64,000 nt of DNA from Enoplolaimus lenunculus (lineage: Eukaryota). The notes under the pieces were generated by a model, which had not been told where the DNA came from, made no database searches, and saw nothing but the letters and a program-made list of their open reading frames with translations. The DNA lies in contig JASANG010003345.1 in NCBI GenBank assembly GCA_030248215.1, positions 62,001 through 126,000 of the forward strand. Direction: 5' to 3'. A program made the position numbers and the translations under genes. Below, piece by piece: positions 51,747-64,000 of this stretch (positions are counted from its first letter, which is position 1; each line of letters opens with the position of its first letter).

Positions 51747-52187
51747 GAAATCTGGAAGGACTCAAAAAAGACGTGTTTAGAAGATGTAGCATAACCCGCA
51801 GATATCAAAAACATTTTCACCCTCGCTGTGCTCGCTTGTATAAAATCTCCACCCAGAATAAAATCTTAGCTAGGCTCATGGCAGTTATAGCGTATAGAAA
51901 ACTAAAAACGGCCAAGCTAAAATATGAACATTTTTGCTATGATGAAGACGAGTTTTTAGGCAGCAGCTTGCAGGCGCGACAGCATAAAGACGTATATGAC
52001 CAGTTCACGGGCGAGCAAAAGGTCTATACGGCCACACAAGTGATCTTTATAGATAAAAACAAAAAACACATATATATACGTATATATTATATATCACAAC
52101 CATATGACATTAGAGAAATGCATGTTAGAAAACTATTTTCGATCTATATTTGTCTCCTGGCAGTGAGTGTCTTTGGCCATCTAAAAT

Positions 52188-52337
52188 AACAACAGCAGCA
52201 GTAGAAGCAACAACATCAACAACAAACAACAGCAAACAACAACAACAACAACACAAGCAAACAGCAGCATCAGCAGTAACAACGACGACAACAGCAACAA
52301 CAACAACCACAACAACAACAGCAACAACAACTACAAA

Positions 52338-52371
<34 letters not shown>

Positions 52372-52416
52372 ACACAAGCAAACAGCAGCATCAGCAGTAA
52401 CAACGACGACAACAGC

Positions 52417-52466
<50 letters not shown>

Positions 52467-52596
52467 CCACAACAACCACAACAACAACGACAACAACAAC
52501 AACACAAGCAAACAGCAGCATCAGCAGTAACAACGACGACAACAGCAACAACAACAACAACCACAACAACCACAACAGCAGCAGCAACAACAACAA

Positions 52597-52627
<31 letters not shown>

Positions 52628-52631
52628 CACC

Positions 52632-52666
<35 letters not shown>

Positions 52667-52712
52667 CCACCACCACCACAACAACAACAACAACAATGAC
52701 AAAAACAACAAC
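52188..52712. repeat. Compound (AAC)n microsatellite with higher-order triplication
   Basis: ACACAAGCAAACAGCAGCATCAGCAGTAACAACGACGAC at 52251, 52372 and 52502 within AAC runs. Confidence 0.95.
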
Positions 52713-53032
52713 ACAGTGATCCATGAAGGCCTTGGGTGGCCTTATGGTGTGACACGGATGTCAATGGTAAATGAGACTTCATGTGGCCACATGCGACACT
52801 GTGTGAGAGAGTGAGAGTGAGAGTGATAGAGAGAAAGACACGGCGATTTTGTGTTTGATATTTTCCGGCGATTATTCTTAAACGCGTCGTATCACCTGTT
52901 TATTTCAGCTTTGGTAACAGGTTTTGTAAATTTTCGATTCAAATAATCACATGACATTTATTGAATTTTTGGAAATCGTTTTGGGCTTTTCAAGGCTCTC
53001 TGTAGTATGTTTTGTAGAGAGATAATGTGGTC

Positions 53033-53193
53033 GGACCATGTATAGAACAGGGCCGGATCGTTTTCAGGAGGGGCAATAATGGAGTCAGTTTAAGCTTTAG
53101 ACTAATTTTTTTGCTTAGGTTTAGGCTTAGGCTTAGGCTTAGGCTTAGGAATATGCTTATACTACTGTTCCGGCCCTGTTCTATACATGGCTC
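53033..53193. mobile_element. TTAGGC-core MITE, family A
   Basis: Family A TIRs; TSD ATGTGGTC/ATGTGATC. Confidence 0.9.
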
Positions 53194-53303
53194 ATGTGAT
53201 CTGTTTCAGTCGTTGTACGGATTTTTGGGCGGTTTCTTGACATTCTTGACTGGGTTCGTGGCCCAGCTAAGTTTTGTCGGTGGTTTCAGTTATGTGTTAC
53301 ACG

Positions 53304-53480
53304 GGCCGATGTAACGAACAAGGCCATTACAGTAGTGCAAGCATATTCCAAAGCCTGAGAATGAAGCATATGCGTATTAAGCCTAAACCTAAACCTAAAG
53401 CAAAAAAGTAGTCTAAAGCTGTAGCTTGCTTTATTGCAGTCCCGTGGACAAACGGCCCCAACCAGATATATACATGGGCC
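53304..53480. mobile_element. TTAGGC-core MITE, family A, divergent
   Basis: GGCCGATGTA...TACATGGGCC; perfect TSD GTTACACG. Confidence 0.85.
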
Positions 53481-56400
53481 GTTACACGTATGGCAAGTTC
53501 AACGTGCTTTTAGCGGAAGCATTCACGTTATAACCGAGGCAGCTTGGGTCGTGTGTTTTGAGCTAATTGCAACACGCGGTAATATTTTGCGTTTAGGTCC
53601 CGACCAAAGTCCTTTTACAATCTGTTGTTATGCAGGACAAAAACATTAATAATTAAAACGGTATTGGCAGCTGTTTGCTAAAGCATACAGTTTCGGAATT
53701 GTAGTTGCCAATGACTCGTGTGTTTGGAACCGTAAAATCTAAACTAGAGCACGATCGAACTTACCAGTCCGCGTCGGACTACAGCCGGTTCACGCCTGCC
53801 ATCTTAATTGGGCCTTTCAAACATTTATGGAGCGAACCTGCGGGGCAGCCACCCTTGGAAAGTGTTTGCCACGACACATTCTCCGTATACTCCAATTTGA
53901 AATAAAAATCACTATAAAAAATCAAACGTGGATTAGAATTATATATTAACTTTGACATGAAAGTTTCATATGCTTTTATTGGTTTGATATTGAGGTTCGA
54001 GTTTTGGTTGTGTTCATTTGCATTTTGTGTGCCTAAAGACAGCGTTGTGTTTCGTTTATTTTTTCAATTGATTTTACTTTATTCAGTAATAAAAATAGTA
54101 CAGTATTCACTGTTTATATCATTTTTCACACCGGTTGCTTTTTGTATACTATGTTTTTGGGAACACACTTAAAGAATGCTTACGAGGTACGCTGCTACAT
54201 TGAGGCAAAATTATACGTCATCTTGAATGACAAAATTGGAAACATTGACCATAATTGTCAACAATGTGCAGCAAAGCAGTTGCCGTGTTTTGTTGATAAC
54301 TTTTTATTAATGTTAAACCAGCTAAATAATGTGGCTTTTGAAATTTTGGCACATTTACATGAACCAGATCAGTAAATCTGCGGGTTTAACATGTAATCGT
54401 GTAAAATGTAAATTTACCGAGTAATTACTATTTTCGCAGTACAATGCTGAATGAGCGCAAAGAGCAATAGATATTCCTTGTGTTATACTTGTGTCTTCAA
54501 ACCGTGTATGTTTCAGTTTATCGGCATTTTAGTTCAATAATTATACATAAACGCGATATTTCGGGATCGTATGGCTAAAGTGTGTAAAACGGTGGACTGT
54601 CATGCCAGAGTCCACTGGTGCAACCCGTGTCAGTTTCGATTGCAGGCTGGAGCTTGCCATAGGCTGCGTAGGCTAGCAGGGCACGACGGTTTTTGGTTCT
54701 GAGTGCTTGGAGCTGGAAATGAGCAGCATTCTGTAGAGGCTTCGATCATATAACTCATGGTCGACAGATTTTCAGTCCAACGCGCAACCATTCAGCCACG
54801 CAGCCTCACAATCAACTGGTGAGTTTTACTGTTTTATGCCTTATTAGAACTTCAACATTGTACTCATGTACCTTGGTTCTTCCATGTTTTTACCGCTTCT
54901 GTATATGAAGGCACCATATATGCATCAGCGTTTTACCAATGTGCAACATCAGCATGAGGTTTTTACTTGAGAAAAAAATTGCTAAAGATGAAGGCAGGCT
55001 TCACAATCGGAGACCACTCATGAAGCATAAATTCCACGTAAACATAAAATTAGCTGCGAAAACTAAATCCTTTAATGCAGCGTTTGAAGCGGATAGTAAA
55101 AATAAAGGGAACGGATAGTAATCAAAATAACGGAAACGGAAAACGGATACTAAAGTATAAAAGTTTCCATGATGTTTTATTCTTCTGCCAACACTATTAA
55201 AGCAAGCAGTGTAGGATCCGCCATGTCGGATTGGGTAAAATTACGGCGGTATTTCTTAGGTTCGGACCGGTTTTACGAATAGGTATGCAAAGTGATTGTC
55301 GCTAGTTTTGTGCTTGGTTACGATAGGATATTCATCAATCAGGCATGTTCTGTTAGGTTGTTTGTTTGTTTTTATTGTCGATTATGCTAGTAAACATTCG
55401 TCTTCTCCTGTATTTTTGCCTGGCTCGCGCTGTGGGTCAACCCTAGACGCAACAACAACAATTACCGACAAGCAGATATTCATCGGGGCATGTAATCTTG
55501 GTGAAAAATAGCGGATGAACCGAAATTATTAAAATTCTGCATAAATTTAGGACTTTTTATTTCAGACTGTTCAGCCATTTGCGCAAAACTGGATTTATTT
55601 CAATGATTTTTTGGTCCAATTGTATTCGAAAATCAAATTTGAATTCACGAAAAAAAAATTTCGTGAAACCAAAATAGGACACTTATAGGAATATAAAAGT
55701 GTATAAAAAGTTTTAATTTACGTGCGAAAGTTCGTGAGAGTTCTTTTAAACATGCAAAAAAATTTCAAAATAAGTACCCAGATTTGGCGAATGGAACTTT
55801 ACGAGAACAAATAAATTTCGAACTTTAACATGTGTCTTTGATTATTGAAGTTTTGCCGGCGGTTCCGGCACTTTCGGTAGCGGAAACTGATATATCTGAA
55901 TAAAACAATTGCACCCTTCAGTGAGTTTACATGTAGCTTTTGTGAATTGTGATAACTGTAATTGCAAAAGATTTTTAAAAATCCAATTTGAATCAAAGCA
56001 TTGGCAAATTTTCGTTAATAATTATTACAAACATTAATAATTCAACCATAGTTTACTGCCCAATTCTTGATCACATCGGTTTCAGCTCTGAAAAAAATTT
56101 GTTGACGTTCGCTCTGGCTCTCGTTCCGGCTCCGGATTTGTTCAGCTCGGTTGCATCCTGCTGATATAGAAACAACAACAGTTAAACAATAAATATTTTA
56201 ACCATAAGCTTGGTATCAATTAGGGGAAAGTTAACTTTGGCCTTTCCTATGAAAACTTTAAAACACAGTTTTTGAATAAGGTATGTCATATATCATCACA
56301 TCATGTGTCTTCTTAAAGTTTTTTTTGCCGTTCACCAACATGTTCAACAAGCTATGGACCACAGATAATTGCTAATGATCACAAATAATAATTTCAAAGT

Positions 56401-56667
56401 ATCGTATAACAGAATACACGTTTTTGTGTACTTAATATGTGGAACCAATTTTGACTGCATGGTAAAAAACCTGGTTTGGGTATCGCTCATTTTGTAATGA
56501 ATGTCTGATAAAAATACATAGCTAAGGATTAGTTTTTTTGGCAATGACGCGATGTACTTAGTGTATTTTAGTATGTGCGTAAATCGATACTTGTCTCAAC
56601 TAAAATTTAGTTATTGACTGAAGGAGTTTATTTATTTCGGACAATAGCTGTCTAGGTACACTCTATG

Positions 56668-57095
56668 CTGTAGGGACCCGAACAAGAGGGGGTGACTGAT
56701 ATTCAGTTGGCCTCTTCAGCGGGTACCCATAAGTTACTCGGTTACGGACTGTTTATTTTTAAGCCGCCCTTCGTTACTCATATATATTCAATATTACAGC
56801 TATGCGCTGAATTAAATGTTTGTCTTGTATTACAACCTTGAGCGACAATGGAAAGTCATACTTAAATATGTACTTACAAAACTGAAGTATGCTTTAAAAA
56901 TTCAAATTCAACTTTATTTCGTGCCAGAGTTATTTATGCACTACAATTTCGGACAATTGACATTTATGGATTCTAATTAGAGGAGAGGGACTCTATCCGC
57001 GTACGAACTCTTTTTAAACATACGGATTCCTATTGATTGGGAGTCAAAATGGTGACCCCACCTCTTATTACCCCCTGTTACTCGGATCACTACAG
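56668..57095. mobile_element. Tc1/mariner-like MITE, family E
   Basis: CTGTAGGGACCCGAACAAGAGGGGG...CCCCCTGTTACTCGGATCACTACAG|TA. Confidence 0.85.
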
Positions 57096-59163
57096 TAGGT
57101 ACATCCACATACCCTTTTTATATCATTGCATAGCGAAGAAAACGTGTAAAATTCTACTCAAAAATTGTATCTAAAAAATTTAGCATATTTTTGGTAGCTG
57201 GACACCATTCGCAAACAATCACACGCAAAGCCCAGTGTGATCAGAACAACAGTGAAAAATTTTGTTACGTGTCATTAGGTTTTATTGTAAGTAATTTTAA
57301 AATAAATCGTTCGCCTAATAGTGTATGTGTCTGCTACCCTAAAAACAACTGTCGGCAAAACTTTTCAATACTTTTTTAGTAAAAATTGAATTTTGTAACA
57401 ATTTTAGTCCAGGCGCAGGCAGATATGCCGAAGACGATGCTGCTGCAACCTTTACTCGAGTATCTAACCTACTTTTATATAAATAGCAGGGTGTAACCGG
57501 ATATCTGTTTCCGGTAAAAATCTGTGTCCGCTTGTGTTTCCGTTTTCGTTATTGAAAAAACGGAAATTCTGTTATTTTTATGTTCAAAATTAGTTATAAA
57601 TATATAGGTATTTGGAGTAAAAAAATAATGTTTGATGTCCTGTTTAAAAGACTCAGTTGCACACGTCACAATATTCTGGCAGCGTTCATGAATTTCAGTG
57701 TTATTACAAATATATATTGGCTAAGCATGCGTAATGTTTAAAATGAACCTAAATAGAGTGGGATGTTGTTAAAGATTTTTTACCCGACCTGCGCCTTAAT
57801 ACCCACGAAAATAAATATTTTTTACCCGCGGGTATACCCGCGCAAAAACGATCTAACCGCGACCCACCTTTTAGTTGCGCCTGACGCTAAACAAGTAGTT
57901 TATTGACCGCAGGTGATTTGCACTTTAATGCAGTTGAGCGTTATAGCTTCAACGAATTTTTTACACATGAAAGTTTACTAGAAACAACCAAATTTCAAAC
58001 CCGAAAAAGGCTGGACAACAACTGACCAGATGTAAAGCAGACAATAGCGTATGTTTGCACCTTAAAACAAAAGTTTGACGCGGGTAAAACTGAATATTTT
58101 TACCCGCATGAAACAACTTTCTACCCGCGGTATACCCGTGTTTGATATTCGGTGGCTGCCCACGGTAAAAGGGCCGTATTCTCAAATATGTGTAGCACCT
58201 ATCACTAGTTGGTAATATATGTGCCGTTGCTTTCGATGCAAATGAATGTTGATGTTCGAACTTGAGCACATTTTTTCCATTCAATCGGGGTTTTATACTT
58301 TCTGTGCTAATTTTGGGATGCGTAGTTGCACGAGTTTGTCAATTTGAAAACCTATCGCTAATTGGTAATACATGCTGTTCCCGTTTAGAAATGCGGATCT
58401 AGAAGACAGTTGATTAATTCTTTACCCTCGAAAATATACCATTTTCTTATTTTTCCATTAGCTTTGGCCGGGATATATACACCTTTATACCCGTTTCGTA
58501 TTATCCCGTTTGGTATAAGCGAAACAACTTCTGTCTGGCCGTCCTGCTGAAAAAACGTATACCCCACAACTTGAAATTTCAGCAAAAACAGCCCGTTGAA
58601 CAAATATATACATAAGTCCCACGCTTGGTACATTTTCATTTTTAGGTTCCGGATTGAATTACAGCCAATGCATTGCCAGCTAAGTGGCTGGTGCAAACAT
58701 TTTCGTTGGCGTATTCTTGCGAAGCCCTATAAAGCAACGGCGGTATATGAAAAAGGATATATTTCCACAATATTACTGGAGACAAGAAAAGAAGCACTTT
58801 TGCACGATTTAGAATAGGCAACTCATTTTTAGAGTCACAAATACCTGGTTTTCTGGCTCGCTATGCTCGTTGGCAAAAACATTTAAATACGATACTGCCC
58901 CCTTTTCGATAAGAAATACTGAACGCGTCTCTGCTATGAATCAAATATACAAGGAAGTGGTTGCGGTTTGGCTACAACAGAAATGTTTTACTTAAGTGAA
59001 TTCTCTAAAAAAATTACCAGTAGCAAAAGCCGAAATTTTGACGGATAAAATTCATCGTACACAGTTTGAAAAAAAAACCACGCGAATGAAAAGTTGAACT
59101 CAATTATCAGTTGACAAAAGTAAAAATTACAATTTGAATTCGTGGAGTTTTTGTAGTTTTTGT

Positions 59164-59307
59164 GGCCCATGTTACTTTAAAGGGCGTCCAGGTTTCCGGT
59201 GGGTCCATAAAATAGTAGGTTTGGATTTTAGATTACATTTTTTGGCTTAGGCTTAGGCTTAAGAATACGCTTAATCTACTGTTACGCCCCTTAAAGTAAC
59301 ATTGGCC
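59164..59307. mobile_element. TTAGGC-core MITE, family B
   Basis: GGCCCATGTTACTTTAAAGGGCGT / ACGCCCCTTAAAGTAACATTGGCC; perfect TSD GTTTTTGT. Confidence 0.92.
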
Positions 59308-60374
59308 GTTTTTGTAATAAAAACAAACTTTCAGGCAGATATAAGTTAAAGATATCTTTTTTCGAACTCTGAGCAATAAAAATAAAAGGTGGGTACTCTG
59401 GCATCGTCTTTCACATCGCTCTAACATATGGGTTACGAAAGCCTGAATGCAGAACACCAAATTGTTGGCTCGCATTCAAGCGTAGCGAAAGTGTGATTAT
59501 TCATTACGTAAATAAATTTTTGAATTTTCTTGTTGCTGTTTCGGTTAAAAGTGATTCGCAGTAGGTGTGGGCGAACAACATTTGCAAGTTGTTGTAATTG
59601 AACCTACTTACTACAACTTTATCTGTCTCAGGGCACGTACCCGAGATGGTTCACAAGGGCTTAGTCTTCCAAGGCGCATGAACAGAATTGTAACTCCAAT
59701 AAAAAAGTTTTTAGTCTTGGTTCCATTTGAGTATTATGCCGAATAAACTAATTTCGATTTCAATTCTCAGACACAAATATAAAAGTGTAATTATCGACAC
59801 AAAATTTGTTTCGCTAAGATTGGCAAACATTTTACCAGCCTCGCGTTTTAGGATTCAATTTTCAGTCAGAGCCAGCGGAGTGCATAGCCACAAGAAGAGA
59901 TAAAAGGAAATATATTCATTTTCGAAATTTGTGGCGAGACAAAAACCGCTTCTAACAGGCTTTAGCATATCTGAATCTTGCTGAGGCCAAAACAGTATTG
60001 TTACATGAATACTATCTCTCAAACTGAACTCGCGGACAACACCGCTTCTATCCGGTACGCCGGAAGCATATTTTCAGTTACGCCCTTAACTCTGCTGTTT
60101 TAATGTAATTAAGTACAGATTAGTAATTGGGCAGCAGACATATAAAAGCCCAATTTGACAATTTTTCTCAAAGAAAATTAAAGAAACTTCAAACTAAAGT
60201 TACAAATCCATTGAAAGTTTAGACCATATCAGAGCGTTCACACAACCCAAACGACGTGCCGAAAAAAGTTGGGGAACCGCAAACAGTCCCGTCCCAGTTT
60301 TTGTTCATTTAGAGGCGTTATCGTGTTGAATACCCGTAAGGCGTAAGCCATTGCTCAATTCGTGTCTAAGAGTA

Positions 60375-60584
60375 CACTGCAAAAAACGGTGAGTCAGATT
60401 GACTCTCTCCGAAATAGGCTCTACGGGACTACACAAAATGAATCAATTTCGACTCCACCAGAGTCAAATTTGACTCACTTCATCGCGTGTTCGACTCTGG
60501 CGGAGTCGAATTTGACTCAGTTTGTGTAGTCCCGTAGAGCCTATTTCGAAGAGTAGTCAATTTGACTCACCATTTTTTGCAGTG
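60375..60584. mobile_element. 210-bp palindromic CACTG-ended MITE, family D
   Basis: TA|CACTGCAAAAAACGGTGAGTCA...TGACTCACCATTTTTTGCAGTG|TA. Confidence 0.9.
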
Positions 60585-61772
60585 TAAATCTTTTAGTTGT
60601 TTTTTCGATGCCGCAGACACCACCGACCTGAAATTCACAATACGGCAGTGACTGACTGATAAAAGCGATTTATATATTTTGGAAATTTAACGCCCTGTTA
60701 TTGACATTAACAACATTTATGACAACGAATAATCCGTATACAAACTATTTAAACGCTTAAAGACGTGCCTACATTTTTTGTCATAACGCTAGCAGATTAT
60801 AGATATTGGCTCTTGTATATAACACATTCTGTCACTTGGGTTTGGCTTAGGCTTAGGCTTACCTATTAACAGTAAGCTTAAGCCTATGCGTTAATGTGGG
60901 TGGAAGTGTCAGAGAGTCTAGATTTTTTATATCTTAGAAACTTTCATTATACACTATCCTTCATTTTCAAACAGTGCAGACCGAGCCATATACAAGGAGA
61001 CTGATTGAGTGGATGTATCCCCTTTAGAAGCTACGAAAGACATCCAAAATACACTGAACTTAGCTCAGGATGGCAAGGCTCGCATCTGCTGGCAACAGCC
61101 AGCTTTGTTCGAAAGGCACGAATGGTGATGATAGCAAGCGTTTTTGTCCTACACAGTTGTTTGTAATTAGCAAATAAACATTAAATAATTTTAGTACAGA
61201 TTTTATTACACGTTGAATCAGCGGCGTATTTTGAAGCATACCTGAGACCTATAGTGTTGAATTCATAAGGGTAACAGGCTGAGGGGTTCCAACTTTATCC
61301 GTATTTATTGATGTCGGGAACAGACATTGCTGTGTTGCGTCATCGCTATTAAAGTTGCCAAACTTGTCTTAACAAGCGAGGATTTTAATCGTTTGTATCC
61401 AAGACGGTGTACAGGGTATATATCCGGTTCGAAATTGCTAGAGACGTAAATAAAGGTGTGTTTAACACGAGTTCGAAAAGCAATATCGAAAATAATAGTG
61501 TTGATTAAATTTTTTTGGTATCGCTACGCTTTTACGCAGGAAATACTTTTTACATGAAATTTAATACTTTTCCGAAATGAAATCCTGGTTATGTCCAGGT
61601 TTTACTGATTGAAATACCTCGTTTGGTACACCACTAGAATTAAATGTTGTTGCAACGACAGCTATGTAAACAACAGTTTTGTTTTGATTTTATTGTTGAA
61701 ATTTAAAATATTTTTTAAAATATTTTTACTGTTTTTAGTCCGAAAAAAAGTTACCGGGTCTATGCAAGTTAT

Positions 61773-61973
61773 GGCCAATGTATTGGACAGGGCTGTAACA
61801 ATAGTATACGCATATTTCTAAACCTAAGCCTACGCCTAAGCGTAAAAATAAGCAAATACCTGAGCTTAAACATAAGCCTAAGCCTAAGCCTAGACAAACA
61901 GCTAGTCTAAACGTAAGATTGTTCCATTGCGGTTAGGCAGAAAAACGTTATGCCCCTTTAATCTACATGGGCC
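61773..61973. mobile_element. TTAGGC-core MITE, family A, divergent
   Basis: GGCCAATGTA...TACATGGGCC; TSD CAAGTTAT/CAAGGTAT. Confidence 0.85.
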
Positions 61974-62834
61974 CAAGGTATTGATGAGTATAGTAATTAT
62001 ACGTCTTAAAGCTGTTGAAAAGATGAATGCTAATATAGGGCGTTGTAAGGAAGTAACTGGGTCTGTCGCCTCGCTATTTATCCAATACTTGGTTCCAATG
62101 ACCGGTTAATGCCACGTTGGGGCAAAAAGGGCAAATATGGTCTGCTGTGGTGGCAGCCTCCTCGAGATCGCGGATGCGCGATACCGTATCTTTTGGACTC
62201 CTACCAGAAATAGCGCTGGTTGGTTTGCGTTGACTCGGAGCATCTAGACATAGTGTGCCTTAATTCGATACATCCTAAGCCGACCTGACTGTTACATACC
62301 TAAATCCACACGACCGTGTGTGTTTCTTGGAAAATGTTGTTGTGGTTGTTTGTTTTTGACGGCTTTTGGTGCATTTTATATCTCCCCATTTCTGTTTTCA
62401 GTTCTATCAGTTATTACCAACCGGTATCTAATTTGCATAAAATTTATTCAAATTTCCCCAGCCTCTATGCAATTTACCTCGACCGTTAGCTGAACTTTTC
62501 AGCTATAAAAGGAGCTGATAGTACGTCTTTGAAGTGGAGTTGTGGCTTTTGGTTCGTTGCGCTATCAGTTTATCAGTTTTAACGCTTATTTAAACGTTTT
62601 CGGAAGCCAGTTCTATTCGGAACTGGCAGTTGGCCCAAATTCAATGCTGAATCTGGCTGCAAATGAGTTTGGCCCAAACCGCCGCGGTGAGCGGTGGCCG
62701 ACCGTTCCACCGTCACTGAAGGCGCACGGCTGTCGATTATAACTTTTCCACTTATATAATCTCCAGATTTAAATATAAGTTGTAGATAGCTTAACTATAT
62801 TTCCGAATTTTGTATGTTAGATATACATTCAAAC

Positions 62835-63227
62835 CAGGCTGTAACCGAATATTCAAAGTTTCCGTTAAAATTCAATGTCCGTTTCCATTTCTGTTATAGA
62901 AATACCGGAAATTCTGTTATGTTTATGCTCGAGACTTGTTAAAAATCACGTATACATGTTTTTCACTACAGATGTGCTGCAATTAATTGATCGATATGAA
63001 GTAAAAATTACAAAAATCATCCAAAATCTTAAAAATTTCAGTGTATCCGCTAGTTTTTCTTTAAAATTTTACAAAGCCCGGTAATATTCACTGGCATGCC
63101 TCAATTGTGCGGCCGAAAAATAAAACATCTTTGAAAGTTTTATACTTCAATATCCGTTTTCCATTTCCGTTTCTGTTATTTTGATCACTAACCATTTTCG
63201 TTATTTTTACTACCCGTTTACAGCCTG
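62835..63227. mobile_element. hAT-like MITE, family G, full length
   Basis: CAGGCTGTAA...TTACAGCCTG ends with perfect 8-bp TSD ATTCAAAC. Confidence 0.9.
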
Positions 63228-63350
63228 ATTCAAACCGTAGAGAATTCGTATATATTTCAGCTAATAGCGCCTGACAAACTAAAATGAGTTTGAGCTGATG
63301 GAAAAAAGTATAGTTGTGGAAATATTTTGACAATCTGAAGCAATCACGCA

Positions 63351-63972
63351 ATGACATTATCAAACAAGCAAGCTGCGATTAGCAAACTATGGCTAGGAAT
63401 GCATGCAGTAGCAATATGCATACTTAGCTTGGTACTAGCTACGCTAGCATGTCAGTTGCTAACGTACGCAGAATGCGTTCGCATTGTCCAATATGCAACT
63501 CCAACGGTAGAATCTATTGCTTACGAAATTTCTGCAACAAACAGACCCACAACAACGAAACCAAAAATCAATATAACAACCACTACTGGAATTCCTAGAA
63601 TTAATTTCAAACAATTACTTACTCGAAACGTAACCCCAATTGAACAATTTACACACGAAGCTGAAATGCGAGCAAAACTTCTCGAGCACAACGCCTTGAT
63701 CGAAACTCGGCGACTTGGCGGCGCGCGGTGGAAGCCAGCATCAGAATGGTTTCACTTCAAAAATATTTATTCAGCAACAAATGCCAGCGATGAGAATGGC
63801 AAAGAGCAAAGGTTGCCGAGTGCCGATGAGCTGGACAGCTCGTTGGAGATGTATAGTGAAAATTTGACCGTTGATCACAATTATACCGGAGTTCTAGTGT
63901 TCTCGAAGAATCGGACAGGAGCCGCTGCGAGTCCCCTGATACGCGAGTGTGATTTGTCACCGTCTGAACTCA
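63351..63972 (+). CDS. First coding exon of an unknown secreted or type II membrane glycoprotein; continues past the right edge
   Basis: 207 stop-free codons from ATG 63351 (second in-frame ATG 63399) to A|GTAAGT donor at 63973. Hydrophobic segment AVAICILSLVLATLACQLLTYA, Thr-rich stretch, six N-x-S/T sequons (NIT, NVT, NAS, NLT, NYT, NRT). Absent from the ORF track because the frame has no stop before the window end. Confidence 0.7.
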
Positions 63973-64000
63973 GTAAGTTTTCAGCGGCATTTGCTATTTT

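Noticed and set aside
51773..52782. ORFs of 107-170 aa around the second AAC tract
   Set aside because: Low-complexity, frame-shifting repeat translations with no splice or homology support.
12846..53314. ORFs with LSLSLS or RLRLRL and CIEQGRN motifs as a gene family
   Set aside because: They are translations of the TTAGGC MITEs.

Overview
AT-rich, intron-rich eukaryotic DNA from a nematode (cuticle collagen gene, TTAGGC repeats, TTTCAG-type acceptors). Five protein-coding genes can be assembled by hand from splice sites. (1) The 5' part of cullin-4 (minus strand, 11 exons, one GC-AG intron). (2) A 7-exon secreted cystine-knot precursor, only fragments of which appear in the ORF track: signal peptide, long pro-region, RRKR furin site and a 9-Cys Trunk/PTTH/Noggin-like knot. 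(3) A complete sqt-3/col-1-type cuticle collagen. (4) An NR2E nuclear receptor whose DNA-binding domain looks like insect dissatisfaction (dsf) rather than tailless/nhr-67, followed by an in-frame ~99-codon Asn-rich tract and at most a degenerate ligand-binding domain. (5) The first exon of an unknown secreted or type II membrane glycoprotein at the right edge. Introns and intergenic DNA are packed with non-autonomous DNA transposons. The dominant group is more than 20 MITEs with GG-ended TIRs, 8-bp target-site duplications (Merlin-like) and a core of nematode telomeric TTAGGC repeats. There are also Tc1-like, hAT-like, CACTG-ended and piggyBac-like MITEs, the last carrying a tRNA-like Pol III cassette. 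No transposase gene, intact RNA gene or CRISPR array was found. All homology calls are from recalled sequences, not database searches.
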